A stretch of DNA of 64,000 nt from a virus (lineage: Duplodnaviria > Heunggongvirae > Uroviricota > Caudoviricetes): IMG/VR virus record IMGVR_UViG_3300028914_000001, positions 317,489-381,488 of that record; one strand, written 5' to 3'. Positions 46,907-56,606 of the stretch are shown piece by piece (the first letter of the stretch is position 1; every line of letters starts with the position of its first letter). The position numbers and the translations under genes are program-made. The notes under the pieces were generated by a model. The model was not told the DNA's origin. It searched no databases and worked only from the letters and a program-made list of their open reading frames with translations.

Positions 46907-47188
46907 TTAAGCAATCACTTCCTTGACTATGTTGCCATGTAGATATTTCTGGACATCTTCATCAAGCTTTTTCTTTTCTTCCACTACATAATCGAGGGAC
47001 TTCGAGCGGATTTCAACATACTTGTTGAGACGGACAGCTTTGTTCTGCCAATGGTGGATAATTCCTAGCGGTTCGGTGTCCCAAATCTGGACGAGGTACT
47101 CGTCAGTTTCCATCTTGACGATACGGGTGGCCAGGTGATGGTGATGTTCGATGTGGAGGATGTCTTTGATTTTGTTAATGATGCTCAT
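46907..47188 (-). CDS. hypothetical protein
   Basis: AGGAG RBS. Confidence 0.6.
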   Translation of the reverse strand: MSIINKIKDILHIEHHHHLATRIVKMETDEYLVQIWDTEPLGIIHHWQNKAVRLNKYVEIRSKSLDYVVEEKKKLDEDVQKYLHGNIVKEVIA

Positions 47189-47191
47189 GGT

Positions 47192-47518
47192 TTACTCCTT
47201 GTTTAAAATTTTAGAAACCAGTTCAGGTGGGTTCGGCTCCCAGGGGAGTGCATTCACGTCGAACTTTTCTGGATGAAGCATGACGTGGAGCGGTATGCCG
47301 TAATGAATCGGTTTTTCTTTCTGTTCTTCACGGGCCGCTTTCAACAATGTGATGATTTCGCCCTCGGTCGCACACCCGCAGTCCTGCTCGTCGATAAGCA
47401 GGGTGGTTTCTTCTTCCGAATGGTGCTTGCGGTATTCTCCAAGAAGGATGTCGAACACCTCCTTGGAAACAAGGACGCACTTGTCGAGCGTTTCGATGGC
47501 GTTTTCTAGTGAACACAT
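47192..47518 (-). CDS. hypothetical protein
   Basis: GAGG RBS; first gene after the minus-strand promoter. Confidence 0.65.
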   Translation of the reverse strand: MCSLENAIETLDKCVLVSKEVFDILLGEYRKHHSEEETTLLIDEQDCGCATEGEIITLLKAAREEQKEKPIHYGIPLHVMLHPEKFDVNALPWEPNPPELVSKILNKE

Positions 47519-47539
47519 GTAATTTTACCTCGTGGTATA

Positions 47540-47568
47540 AATATATTTTAAATATGGAATTTTGTCAA
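47540..47568 (-). promoter_or_regulatory. sigma70-type promoter (minus strand)
   Basis: TTGACA-N17-TATATT on reverse complement. Confidence 0.8.
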
Positions 47569-47578
47569 GAGGACACCC

Positions 47579-47776
47579 ATGCTCCCATACGAGAATAATG
47601 AACCTAATCTAGTCCACTTGTATCAGGCCGAATGCCACAACCCTGATATTCAAGCCGAGTGTCATAACCCGGACATCCAGGCAGAGGCTTCCGACCTCGT
47701 GCGTGAGAACTGTGCTGGATTTCGCCGTATAAATTACGATGCAAACGGATTTCCCGTCCCTAACGAAACTTGGTAA
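47579..47776 (+). CDS. small peptide with tandem QAECHNPDI repeat
   Basis: GAGGA RBS; 27-nt repeat with synonymous differences. Confidence 0.5.
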   Translation: MLPYENNEPNLVHLYQAECHNPDIQAECHNPDIQAEASDLVRENCAGFRRINYDANGFPVPNETW

Positions 47777-47784
47777 ATGATGCC

Positions 47785-47813
47785 TTGCCAAAATCGTGGG
47801 CGTTGTCTATATT
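47785..47813 (+). promoter_or_regulatory. sigma70-type promoter
   Basis: TTGCCA-N17-TATATT. Confidence 0.75.
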
Positions 47814-47850
47814 TTAGTTGATTGCGTACTTTTCAAAATGGATTTGATTT

Positions 47851-48627
47851 ATGATTATTATTGACCCTCACCCGTTCGTTTTCAAGCAGGTCAAGACGAT
47901 GCTTAGGGAACTGTGCGACAAGCCCAAGTACGAAAAGACCATGGTCGTGCTCGGGTACAACGTGATGAACTGTTCCGAGGCAAGGCGGCTTAAAGCGAAG
48001 CATCCCGACCACAAGCTGGTTATCTACAACATGGAGCAACTCTACCGTGGGAGCCCATGGATTAACTCGAATACGAGAGTATGGTTCGAACAGGCTGACG
48101 AAATCTGGGATTACAACTTGGAGAACATCCAGTTCTTCTCCGATGTTCTCGGTTACAGGGCGAGCTACCATCCAGTAAAGTGGGTCGAATCCCTGAAGAC
48201 TATCGAGCAGGTGAAGCCTGAGGACATGCTGTATGACGTGCTTTTCTACGGGGAGGAAACCCCTAGAAGGACCAAGCTGATAGGGGCGATGCGTTCCGCA
48301 CACCGTGACTGGGCGGTAATCACGGCCACTGGCGTAACGGGCAAGGCTCTCGACTACCTCATTGCACATTCCAAGATTATCCTGAACATACATGCCTTTC
48401 CGCAGTACCAGTGTCAGGAAATCGTCCGCATGTTCTACCCGCTAATCAACGGGAAGTGCATCGTCAGCGAGCCGTCCAAGAACGACAACTATGCGGGCGA
48501 CTCCATCGTCTATTCCTCCTACGACAACATGATTGAAACAGTTAACGGGCTTCTTACTGATGGTAAATGGATTAAAGTCGCTTCTGAGGCTTCTGACAGG
48601 TTCCGCAGACACACAACAGCCAAGTGA
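47851..48627 (+). CDS. glycosyltransferase-like protein (GT-B type)
   Basis: YNMEQL, IWDY, DVLFYG, SKIILNIH, EIVR..CIVSE. Confidence 0.7.
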   Translation: MIIIDPHPFVFKQVKTMLRELCDKPKYEKTMVVLGYNVMNCSEARRLKAKHPDHKLVIYNMEQLYRGSPWINSNTRVWFEQADEIWDYNLENIQFFSDVLGYRASYHPVKWVESLKTIEQVKPEDMLYDVLFYGEETPRRTKLIGAMRSAHRDWAVITATGVTGKALDYLIAHSKIILNIHAFPQYQCQEIVRMFYPLINGKCIVSEPSKNDNYAGDSIVYSSYDNMIETVNGLLTDGKWIKVASEASDRFRRHTTAK

Positions 48628-49456
48628 GCCTGTACAGGAGAAAAAGCCTCCTCGTAAAGTGTACAAGTACACTGTAATCGAGTGTGTCCTCGGCGGGTAT
48701 GACTTGGTCAGGGAAGTGAAGAATGCCAGCAGCGATGTCCATTACCTGATGATAACGGACAGCAAGAAGGTGAAAAGCAAGACATGGGATATCCACCACG
48801 TTTCGGAATACCCGTGCCTTGCGAACATCGACGATGCGATAGGTGTCCTTAACTACATCCGCTACCATACGTTCGAGTTTGCCGATACCGACGTGTCCAT
48901 CTACATGGATGCAAGCATGCAGATAAACAAGCCCCTGACGAAGCTGTATGAAGACTTTGTCAATTCCAAGTCCGATATCGGCCTGTCCATACACCCTTAC
49001 AGGACGAATGTTTACGACGAGCTTCACGCATGGCAGTCGGCCCGTGGCCTTTCATCAGAAGAGGTTGCCAGCCAACGGAAGCTGTTCGCCAAGACCTCGT
49101 TCAACAAGTCCGTATTGTTCCAGTCTGGAGTAATCATCCGCCGGAATGTAAAGGTGGTCAACATAATTGACGACATCACATGGGCCATGCTGAGGCTTAC
49201 CGGGGTGACTTCCTATACGGCGAGGGTTGACCAGACAATCCTCAGCTATGTCCTCGCCACATATTTCAGCGGGGTCAAGTTCCTCCTGTTCACGCAGCAT
49301 CTGATTCAATCGAGTTACATAACATGGTTCAAGCACGGTTCAAACGAAAAGATTCTCATCGACAAGAGATATTATGTACGGCCCTCCGTTTTTGGCGTGT
49401 ATGTGACCCCTTATATGATTGAACCTGTCGAAAAGCCTGAAAATAAGGTATTTTAA
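48560..49456 (+). CDS. DUF616-like glycosyltransferase
   Basis: GGYD, SIYMDAS, HPYRTNVYDE, RVDQ; start uncertain. Confidence 0.7.
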   Translation: MVNGLKSLLRLLTGSADTQQPSEPVQEKKPPRKVYKYTVIECVLGGYDLVREVKNASSDVHYLMITDSKKVKSKTWDIHHVSEYPCLANIDDAIGVLNYIRYHTFEFADTDVSIYMDASMQINKPLTKLYEDFVNSKSDIGLSIHPYRTNVYDELHAWQSARGLSSEEVASQRKLFAKTSFNKSVLFQSGVIIRRNVKVVNIIDDITWAMLRLTGVTSYTARVDQTILSYVLATYFSGVKFLLFTQHLIQSSYITWFKHGSNEKILIDKRYYVRPSVFGVYVTPYMIEPVEKPENKVF

Positions 49457-49492
49457 TAACGACGGTGTGAACATGCCGTCAAGGATATTTGA

Positions 49493-50629
49493 ATGCAGTT
49501 TGGCGTTATTGAGAAGAGAATTACTCGTTTATGGTGCAAGACCCCGGCATTGCTCATAGGTCCTCCCGGAATAGGAAAGACCCAGTTCTGCCGCAGCCTT
49601 GCGGGAAAGCTTGGATTGAAACTTGTCTGCCTCGACTGTTCTCAGTCTGGCGACTCTGGCGACCTTATCGGGTTGCTCGAAATCGAGAACCATGTTCACC
49701 ACCACACCAAACCAGAATGGATGGACACAAAGGAAGCGACCCTAGTCTTTATCGACGAAATCAACCGTGCCAAGGGCGAAATCATCGCCGCCCTGATGAA
49801 GCTGTGTTCCCCCGAACAGTCGTTCAACGGTTTCACGCTCCCGGAAGGTTCCCGTGTCGTGGTCGCAATCAACCCGTCCAACGTGGATTCCAACCAGGTG
49901 CTTCCAATCAACAGGGCCCTGTTCACCCGTTTCGCCCGATACCATGTCGAGGTGGACGCCAAGTACTGGTGCAGGTGGGCGGCAAACGCCGGAATCAACC
50001 AGACGGTCATACGCTTCATAGACGGCCACAACAGCGCCCTCTATGTTGACGATACCGAGCTTGATTCGGAAGACGAAAACACGGCCAACCCCCGTTCATG
50101 GGAGAATTTCGCACGTCTTTTCGACAACGCATACAAGGCTGGCGACTATGTGGACGAGAACGGCCTGCCAAGACCGGGCGGGATGGAAACCCTGCTTGTG
50201 GACGCAACTTCGACCCTCGGCCCCGACATGGCGAAGACTTTCACCGAATGGTTCAAGAAGAACGGGAATACTCTCGATGCAGAGGAGGTTCTTCATGCGA
50301 ACGAATGGGACTGGGTGAAATTCAAGAGTATCATCGACGGGATGAGCGCAATGCAGCTTACAAAGCTGAGCGATGCCATTGTCGGCAAGATGGCGAACTC
50401 CTACGAGAATTCAAGGCAGACGAGGACGATGTCCCTGAACTTCTGGTACTACTACTTCGCAGTCAAGCCGGAGATAAAGGCCCAGATGTACAACATGCAC
50501 CTGATAGACCTTGTCCTGCAGATTTCCGAGGGAAAGGACAACTGGCTATCTCGCCTTAGGGAACATGTCGGCGAAGACAAGAAGGATATGCTCAAATCCA
50601 GTTTCAGCGAGTTCAACCAGGTTAACTGA
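49493..50629 (+). CDS. MoxR-like AAA+ ATPase
   Basis: GPPGIGKT, FIDEINRA, AINP, ALFTRF, NPRSWE. Confidence 0.9.
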   Translation: MQFGVIEKRITRLWCKTPALLIGPPGIGKTQFCRSLAGKLGLKLVCLDCSQSGDSGDLIGLLEIENHVHHHTKPEWMDTKEATLVFIDEINRAKGEIIAALMKLCSPEQSFNGFTLPEGSRVVVAINPSNVDSNQVLPINRALFTRFARYHVEVDAKYWCRWAANAGINQTVIRFIDGHNSALYVDDTELDSEDENTANPRSWENFARLFDNAYKAGDYVDENGLPRPGGMETLLVDATSTLGPDMAKTFTEWFKKNGNTLDAEEVLHANEWDWVKFKSIIDGMSAMQLTKLSDAIVGKMANSYENSRQTRTMSLNFWYYYFAVKPEIKAQMYNMHLIDLVLQISEGKDNWLSRLREHVGEDKKDMLKSSFSEFNQVN

Positions 50630-51945
50630 TGTCCGCACTCAGCAAGATAGAACAGGCCAAGGTGATTCTCGGCTCCGTGAATCCAGCCGCCATGTGCTAC
50701 ATAAACATGGCGCACCCTATCGTCGAGGACGACAGGACGGATACGCTCATGCTCGATGCGCACCTTCCTGGGGAACTATACCTTGTCGCAAACAGCAGGT
50801 GGGTCGAGAGGATGGACATGAGCGACCTCGCCAAGATTCTCTACATAGAGGCTTCACGAATTGCGTTGCAGCATGTGACCAAGCGTGCTGTCGACAACAA
50901 ATTCAACCTGCTTTCGAGCGACATCATTTGCTACTCGATGGCTAGGGGTTGCCTGACCCTGAACGGAACGTCCTTCCCGGACTCTCTGGACAGGAGCAAG
51001 GCGAGCACCTACTATGAGCAGGGCAAGGTGCTGTACCAGAACGAGACGGGAAAGGAATGGACCGACGAATGCGATTTCCACGAGAGGGTGGCGATGTGGA
51101 TGGAACGGGCCGCCAACAATTCCGGCGACGGGGATGCGGACCCGGATTCCGACGGACAGCATGACGAACCGTCTGGATGCGACGGCGATGGAAGCCCGCA
51201 GGAAGCCCTCGACGAATACTTCTGTGATGGAACCCGTTCCGACAACTGGTCGCCTAACGAGACGGTTTCAAGCGACATTGCGATGGAGACGAAGCACCTG
51301 GAAGAGAATGGCGGATTCGACGGGACAAGCTGGGGACTCAGCGCTGGAGACCTCATGTTGAAGATTCTTGCCGCACAGAGACCGCCCGTGGACTACCGAC
51401 GTATAATCCGCTCGTTCGTAGGCACTGTCGTCTCGCAGAGGACTGAATCCACCAGGCTGAGGCAGAACAGGCGGTACAACCTGCTGTTCCCCGGACAGCG
51501 TTCCGTATACGACTGCAAGCTGCTCCTTGCAGCAGACTCGTCTGGTTCCATGGACGAGGACGACCTGTCTGCCGCCGGATGCCTGATAGCGAAGATAGCG
51601 ACGGGAAGCCAGATAGACTACTGCTGGTGGGACTGCCACTGCACCCTTCCGAAGACATTCAAGAGGGGATTTTCCAAGAGCGGGTTCGAGGTCGAGGGCC
51701 GTGGCGGGACGAATCCCCAGTGCGTGTTCGACATGCTCAGGGATAATAAACTGATGGGTAAATATTCGGGAATCATCATCTTTTCCGACATGATTTTCGA
51801 CTACATACCGAAACCGAAGGGCATACCCGTGGACAACATGCTGTGGATATGCACTGCCGACGGCAAGGAGCCCCCTAGATGGGTTCCCCGACGAAGGATT
51901 ATGCGTTGCAAGGAAATTATGAGCTGCATCAAAAAAGACCCTTGA
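50629..51945 (+). CDS. DUF2201-type peptidase-like + VWA domain protein
   Basis: MIDAS DSSGSM, GRGGT, FSDM; HExxH position reads IEASR. Confidence 0.8.
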   Translation: MSALSKIEQAKVILGSVNPAAMCYINMAHPIVEDDRTDTLMLDAHLPGELYLVANSRWVERMDMSDLAKILYIEASRIALQHVTKRAVDNKFNLLSSDIICYSMARGCLTLNGTSFPDSLDRSKASTYYEQGKVLYQNETGKEWTDECDFHERVAMWMERAANNSGDGDADPDSDGQHDEPSGCDGDGSPQEALDEYFCDGTRSDNWSPNETVSSDIAMETKHLEENGGFDGTSWGLSAGDLMLKILAAQRPPVDYRRIIRSFVGTVVSQRTESTRLRQNRRYNLLFPGQRSVYDCKLLLAADSSGSMDEDDLSAAGCLIAKIATGSQIDYCWWDCHCTLPKTFKRGFSKSGFEVEGRGGTNPQCVFDMLRDNKLMGKYSGIIIFSDMIFDYIPKPKGIPVDNMLWICTADGKEPPRWVPRRRIMRCKEIMSCIKKDP

Positions 51946-51970
51946 TTTTGTTTCTGACTGTATTTATATT
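51942..51970 (+). promoter_or_regulatory. sigma70-type promoter for DNA polymerase
   Basis: TTGATT-N17-TATATT. Confidence 0.65.
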
Positions 51971-52035
51971 TGGATAGATACAGTTAGCTTGTTCATAATA
52001 TAGTTAATTAAATTGAGCTATTATGAGGTTTTTAC

Positions 52036-54978
52036 ATGAGCGATAAGCAAGAAGAGCTGCCTAAGAAGAAGATGTGGTCCACCATCTACCACGACACGGC
52101 AAACGACCAGATGTACATGTGGTATATCGACGGGACCAGCGAGGTTCTTCCAGTAAGGCACCGTTCCTATACGAACCGTCTTGGTGAATACGGTGCTGTC
52201 GAGTGCGGGATGAAGGACATCTTCGGAAACGATGTGTACGAGTTCTACCTGTCCCACAACGAGGAAAAGGAAATCAAGCGGAACTATCAGGGTTCGCAAA
52301 ACCATTTCAACGAGATTGATATCGACCCACGATGCCGATTCCTGCAACAGCAGTATGAAGGATACGACATCGAGCCGCCGAAAATCAAGGACATGAACCT
52401 TTGCTTCCTTGATATCGAAGTCTCGACCGAGGGTAGGTTTCCTGTCCCTTGGTTGGCTGAATACCCGATTAACCTCATCATCCTCAACTTTGCAGAATAC
52501 TCAGTCCAGTTCGGAACCCTCGAAGTTGATGATGCGACCCTTGAAAAGTACAAGGCTTTGAACTGCCAGTACATCAAGTGCGCAACCGAAGCGGAACTCC
52601 TGACGGGCACTTTCAACTACATCAGGGAGCATAACGTAGATATCCTCTCTGGTTGGAACTTCGCATACGATACCGAGTTCATTTACCGCCGTGCAAAGAA
52701 GCTTGGCATCCCTCTCAAACTCATGTCGAGAATGCCAGCCGGAACCGAAAGAGCTTACTTCGACGAGAAGAAGAAAGAGCTTCATATCGCTGGTACGGAA
52801 GTCATGGACTTCTACCTCCTCTACAAGAAGTACACTTTCTCCGAAGAGCCGAGCTACAAACTCGATTACATCGCAGAAAAGGAAGTTGGCGAGAACAAGG
52901 CTCCGCTTCCTGATGGATACCTTTCGTGGAAAACATATCCCTCAGAGTTCTCATACTATAACGTGATAGACGGTGTCCTGTGTAGAAAAATCCAGAACAA
53001 GAAAAAGATGTTCGACCTTGCGCTTATGTCCTCTGCTGAGGCACGAGTGCCGATTACATCCGTGTTCGAATCCAAGAAGATGATGGTGGGCTTCGTTCTG
53101 AACCACCTTCACAAGCAGCACATGGTGTTCCCTGTTTACAGGCCTACTGCAAAGGAGGAATACCCCGGCGCATTCGTGTATTCCGTCCCTGGGTTCTACA
53201 AGATAGAGGTTTCGTACGACTACCGAAGCCTTTATCCGTCAATCATGATGACATTCAACATCAGCCCTGAAACCAAGGTTATCAAGCCGATTGACTATGT
53301 GCTTACCGAGGAGGAAAAGAAGGTCCTCATCAGGTCGCCGTGGACTCATAACGGCCAATACCAGGTGTTCTACCGCAAGGATGTGGAAGGTATCGTTCCT
53401 CAGGTTACTAGAAAGCTGTTCAACGGTCGTGCCGAACTGAAGATTAAGAAGAAGCAGGCCGAAAAGGACGGTAACGAAGAACTGATGGAAATATACGACA
53501 TGATGCAGAAGGTGTACAAGGTGCTCGGTAACTCCCTGTACGGCTTGCTCGGTACTCCGTTCTTCGCTTTCTACGATATCGACAATGCTGCATCAATTAC
53601 GGCTTACGGCCAAAAGCTCATCAAGTATACCTGCAAGAACCTTGCCGAGTACATCAACAACGACTTGTCCAAGGACCAGAGGTTTATCAACACGTTCGGC
53701 TACTCCCCGAAAATCAACCCTGACTACTGCGGTGAAATCTTCTGGAACGAAGCGAACGTGGACTTCGACGATGTTGAAAAGGCGACTGAATGGGGTTACG
53801 ACATCACGAGTGACATCCTGCAACGAAGAATGTCCCACGGTGATACCGACTCCTTCTACGCCAAGTTCGATGACATCTACGAGGAGTTCAGCAAGAACCA
53901 GGGCAAGAAAGTTCAGGTTGTCGTGTATGACGGACACCAGATTATTCAGAAGAACGACTTCAATGCACTGGACGAGATGGCCTACAAGAAGAACTTCGCC
54001 CTTATGGCCCATACATATTGCCCGGATGTCTACCATAACCCGAAGAACATGGAACCTCAGGAAGTCAAGGGCAGCAAGTTCAAGTTCACCAAGTTGCAGA
54101 TTATGTACAAGGACGGCATGATTTCGAACAAGCGTTACCGGGTCATTCTCAACCGTTACCGCCTGACCGACTTCTGCCGTATGTTGGATGCTTCCATTCT
54201 TGAAGAGAAGCTGGATGAGTACATGCTTGGTTACGCATCGTCTTGGGGCTTCCGTACGAACGAACTGTTCCTGAAACGTGAAAAGTGCATCTACAAGACC
54301 ATCGTGACCGCCAAGAAGAAATACATCTGCGTGGCCGAATCCAACGAAGACATCGTGTACCTTGACATGAAGAAGGAAGACCTCCCGATTCATCCGCACT
54401 ACGCAATCACTGGTCTCGAAATCGTGCGTTCATCGACTACCATGTTCTCTCGTGAACGTATGATGGACACCGTGGAGCTCATGATGGATACCATGGACAG
54501 GGAAACCCTCCGTAAGCGTGTCGTGGAAATCAAGGACGAGTACACCCAGAAGATTATGGACCAGTCGTACCTTGATATTTCCTGTCCGTCAGGTGTCAAG
54601 GAAGAACCTCCTGAATACACAGAGATGATTAACTTCCCTAAGGAAGAACTGAAGAAAATCGACTGGCGTAGAAAGGCGGCCTCCGTTTGGAACTACCTTA
54701 TCCTCAATGACCGTGAACTCATGAAGAAGCCGTACGAACCTATCCATGCTGGCGACAAGATGAAGTACATCAAGGTGTGCGACAACCCGTTCGGTATCAC
54801 GGCTATCGGTTACACTGGCGATGTAGTCCCGCCTCGCTTGCTCCAACTGTTCCAGCCGGACTGGGAAGGCCACTGGAAGGTCACCGTGTCCAACATCCTT
54901 GGGCGTTTGTTCAAGGCGGTAGGATGGGGTGAGAACATCGAGGAAGACCAGACTGAAATGATGTGCGACCTGTTCTAA
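52036..54978 (+). CDS. family B DNA polymerase
   Basis: ExoI LDIE, ExoII GWN..YD, ExoIII YNVID; motif A DYRSLYPS, B KVLGNSLYG, C HGDTDS, KKKY. Confidence 0.96.
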   Translation: MSDKQEELPKKKMWSTIYHDTANDQMYMWYIDGTSEVLPVRHRSYTNRLGEYGAVECGMKDIFGNDVYEFYLSHNEEKEIKRNYQGSQNHFNEIDIDPRCRFLQQQYEGYDIEPPKIKDMNLCFLDIEVSTEGRFPVPWLAEYPINLIILNFAEYSVQFGTLEVDDATLEKYKALNCQYIKCATEAELLTGTFNYIREHNVDILSGWNFAYDTEFIYRRAKKLGIPLKLMSRMPAGTERAYFDEKKKELHIAGTEVMDFYLLYKKYTFSEEPSYKLDYIAEKEVGENKAPLPDGYLSWKTYPSEFSYYNVIDGVLCRKIQNKKKMFDLALMSSAEARVPITSVFESKKMMVGFVLNHLHKQHMVFPVYRPTAKEEYPGAFVYSVPGFYKIEVSYDYRSLYPSIMMTFNISPETKVIKPIDYVLTEEEKKVLIRSPWTHNGQYQVFYRKDVEGIVPQVTRKLFNGRAELKIKKKQAEKDGNEELMEIYDMMQKVYKVLGNSLYGLLGTPFFAFYDIDNAASITAYGQKLIKYTCKNLAEYINNDLSKDQRFINTFGYSPKINPDYCGEIFWNEANVDFDDVEKATEWGYDITSDILQRRMSHGDTDSFYAKFDDIYEEFSKNQGKKVQVVVYDGHQIIQKNDFNALDEMAYKKNFALMAHTYCPDVYHNPKNMEPQEVKGSKFKFTKLQIMYKDGMISNKRYRVILNRYRLTDFCRMLDASILEEKLDEYMLGYASSWGFRTNELFLKREKCIYKTIVTAKKKYICVAESNEDIVYLDMKKEDLPIHPHYAITGLEIVRSSTTMFSRERMMDTVELMMDTMDRETLRKRVVEIKDEYTQKIMDQSYLDISCPSGVKEEPPEYTEMINFPKEELKKIDWRRKAASVWNYLILNDRELMKKPYEPIHAGDKMKYIKVCDNPFGITAIGYTGDVVPPRLLQLFQPDWEGHWKVTVSNILGRLFKAVGWGENIEEDQTEMMCDLF

Positions 54979-54980
54979 TC

Positions 54981-55015
54981 AAAAAGCGGCCCGAAATTCG
55001 GACCGCTTCTTTTTT
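54981..55015. terminator. bidirectional terminator
   Basis: AAAAAGCGGCCCG-AAATT-CGGACCGCTTC-TTTTT between convergent genes. Confidence 0.8.
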
Positions 55016-55033
55016 GCATTGAGTAAAATTTGT

Positions 55034-56596
55034 CTATGCACCCCCGAAGGCTTTCTTTGCCTCGGCGGTTTTTTTCTTGACATTTTCGATGACGGTGCAT
55101 ATCGTCTGCACATCGGCCAAGAGCTTTTTATCATCACCCTGCTTGACAGCAGCGAGCATGTTGTCTGCATTGTCGAGAAGTTTTTCTAGCTCAGATACAC
55201 AACTATCTACATCTTCTGCGCTCATGTCGTTTGAATGGCCTTTCTTGTACAGGTCGATGTTCTTTTCCATAGTTTTCTTGTAGTTCTCTAACAGAGTGCT
55301 CCAATTCTGCTTGTACTCAGTCTCGTCGAGTCGTTTAATGCCTGACACGAACTGGTTCATCACTTCTTGCTTGGTGATTCCCATGAAGTCGAAGAAGATT
55401 TTAAGGGATTTCTTTACCTGACGGCGAGCGGCGGAGACAAGCCCGTTGATTTGCGTCTGTGCTTCTTTCTGTGTCATTTTGCCGCTGCTGAACTTTTTCT
55501 GTATATTGTTAACTTCCGCCTGGTCCTTCTCGTCAAGAATCTTAGTTTGCTTCAGGTTAAGATAGTCGTTAATGTCGTCGCTTAATCTGGTGTTCTTAGA
55601 TTCGTTTTCTTCTGGATTCATCCAGCTCATCGTACTATTTGGGTCAGATGCATTCAACTTGATTCTGCCAAGATGGTACTTCTTGACAGCGATGTTCATG
55701 ATGTAATCGGACAGCGCCTTACCAGAAGGATTTCCTTGGCAGAACTGATTGAATTCTTCATTTTCTGACGCCACAGTTTTGGCCAGTTTTGTCTTAGGGG
55801 CTCCATCGGCATTGGTAGACTGTGAACTGAACGTACTCTGCGCTGCAGCACTGTTTTCATCCAACGCCTGTATGCCGTACAACAGGTTTTGGATTTCTTC
55901 ATCGAAATCCTTTACTTCGTCATAGAATTCCTCTCGTACACTCGATTTGCCGTCGCTTTCGAAATATTTTTTTAGCTCATCCAACATTTGCGGTACGATA
56001 TCCGTCATGTCTGTTTTGATGGTGTCAAATGCGTGTTCTGTCTGCGTAAAGCTAAACCAAGCATTTCCTTGTTTGAGGAATCCACTAAGGGCAGGAGGGA
56101 AATTCTCTGTACAGTATTTATCGAAGTTGATGAAGTTGTTGTACAGGTAAAGTACATGTATAGCGTTTTTCTGTAGAGACACTATACCCTTATCAGGGTT
56201 TTTAATTTCTAGGTATTTTTTATAATCCTTAACCTTGCTTGCTATTTCTGGCGGAAGACTGTCCAACTGACCGAGTATTGCATTCCATCCCTTAGCATCG
56301 TCATTGATGGTTGCTTCTTCCCTGTCGTCGTTCGAGACGGTGTAGTCGCTATCGTGAGCTTCCTTTGAGACGAACTCATCGTTCGGCTTCTCGGGTTGTC
56401 CAACCGTCTGTGTCTCCGTGGACGCACCGTCGTCCGAGACTTCCTGATAGTCGTAAGTTGCGTTGATAGCGTCTTCGTCCAAGCCAGCATTCTGCATGAT
56501 TTCGTTGAGCTTCGCAAGAAGTTCTTTCTTAGTGCGAAGCACATCGTCTACACGCTTTCCAGTTTTCTTGTACAACAAATAAGATTTCGTTGCCAT
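55034..56596 (-). CDS. hypothetical helical protein, probably virion-associated
   Basis: Third gene of late minus-strand operon; AAGGAG RBS. Confidence 0.6.
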   Translation of the reverse strand: MATKSYLLYKKTGKRVDDVLRTKKELLAKLNEIMQNAGLDEDAINATYDYQEVSDDGASTETQTVGQPEKPNDEFVSKEAHDSDYTVSNDDREEATINDDAKGWNAILGQLDSLPPEIASKVKDYKKYLEIKNPDKGIVSLQKNAIHVLYLYNNFINFDKYCTENFPPALSGFLKQGNAWFSFTQTEHAFDTIKTDMTDIVPQMLDELKKYFESDGKSSVREEFYDEVKDFDEEIQNLLYGIQALDENSAAAQSTFSSQSTNADGAPKTKLAKTVASENEEFNQFCQGNPSGKALSDYIMNIAVKKYHLGRIKLNASDPNSTMSWMNPEENESKNTRLSDDINDYLNLKQTKILDEKDQAEVNNIQKKFSSGKMTQKEAQTQINGLVSAARRQVKKSLKIFFDFMGITKQEVMNQFVSGIKRLDETEYKQNWSTLLENYKKTMEKNIDLYKKGHSNDMSAEDVDSCVSELEKLLDNADNMLAAVKQGDDKKLLADVQTICTVIENVKKKTAEAKKAFGGA

Positions 56597-56606
56597 ACTC
56601 ATCTCC

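Noticed and set aside
52036-54978. Intein or intron in the DNA polymerase
   Set aside because: Single open frame; no intein C-terminal His-Asn followed by Cys/Ser/Thr and no LAGLIDADG motif seen.
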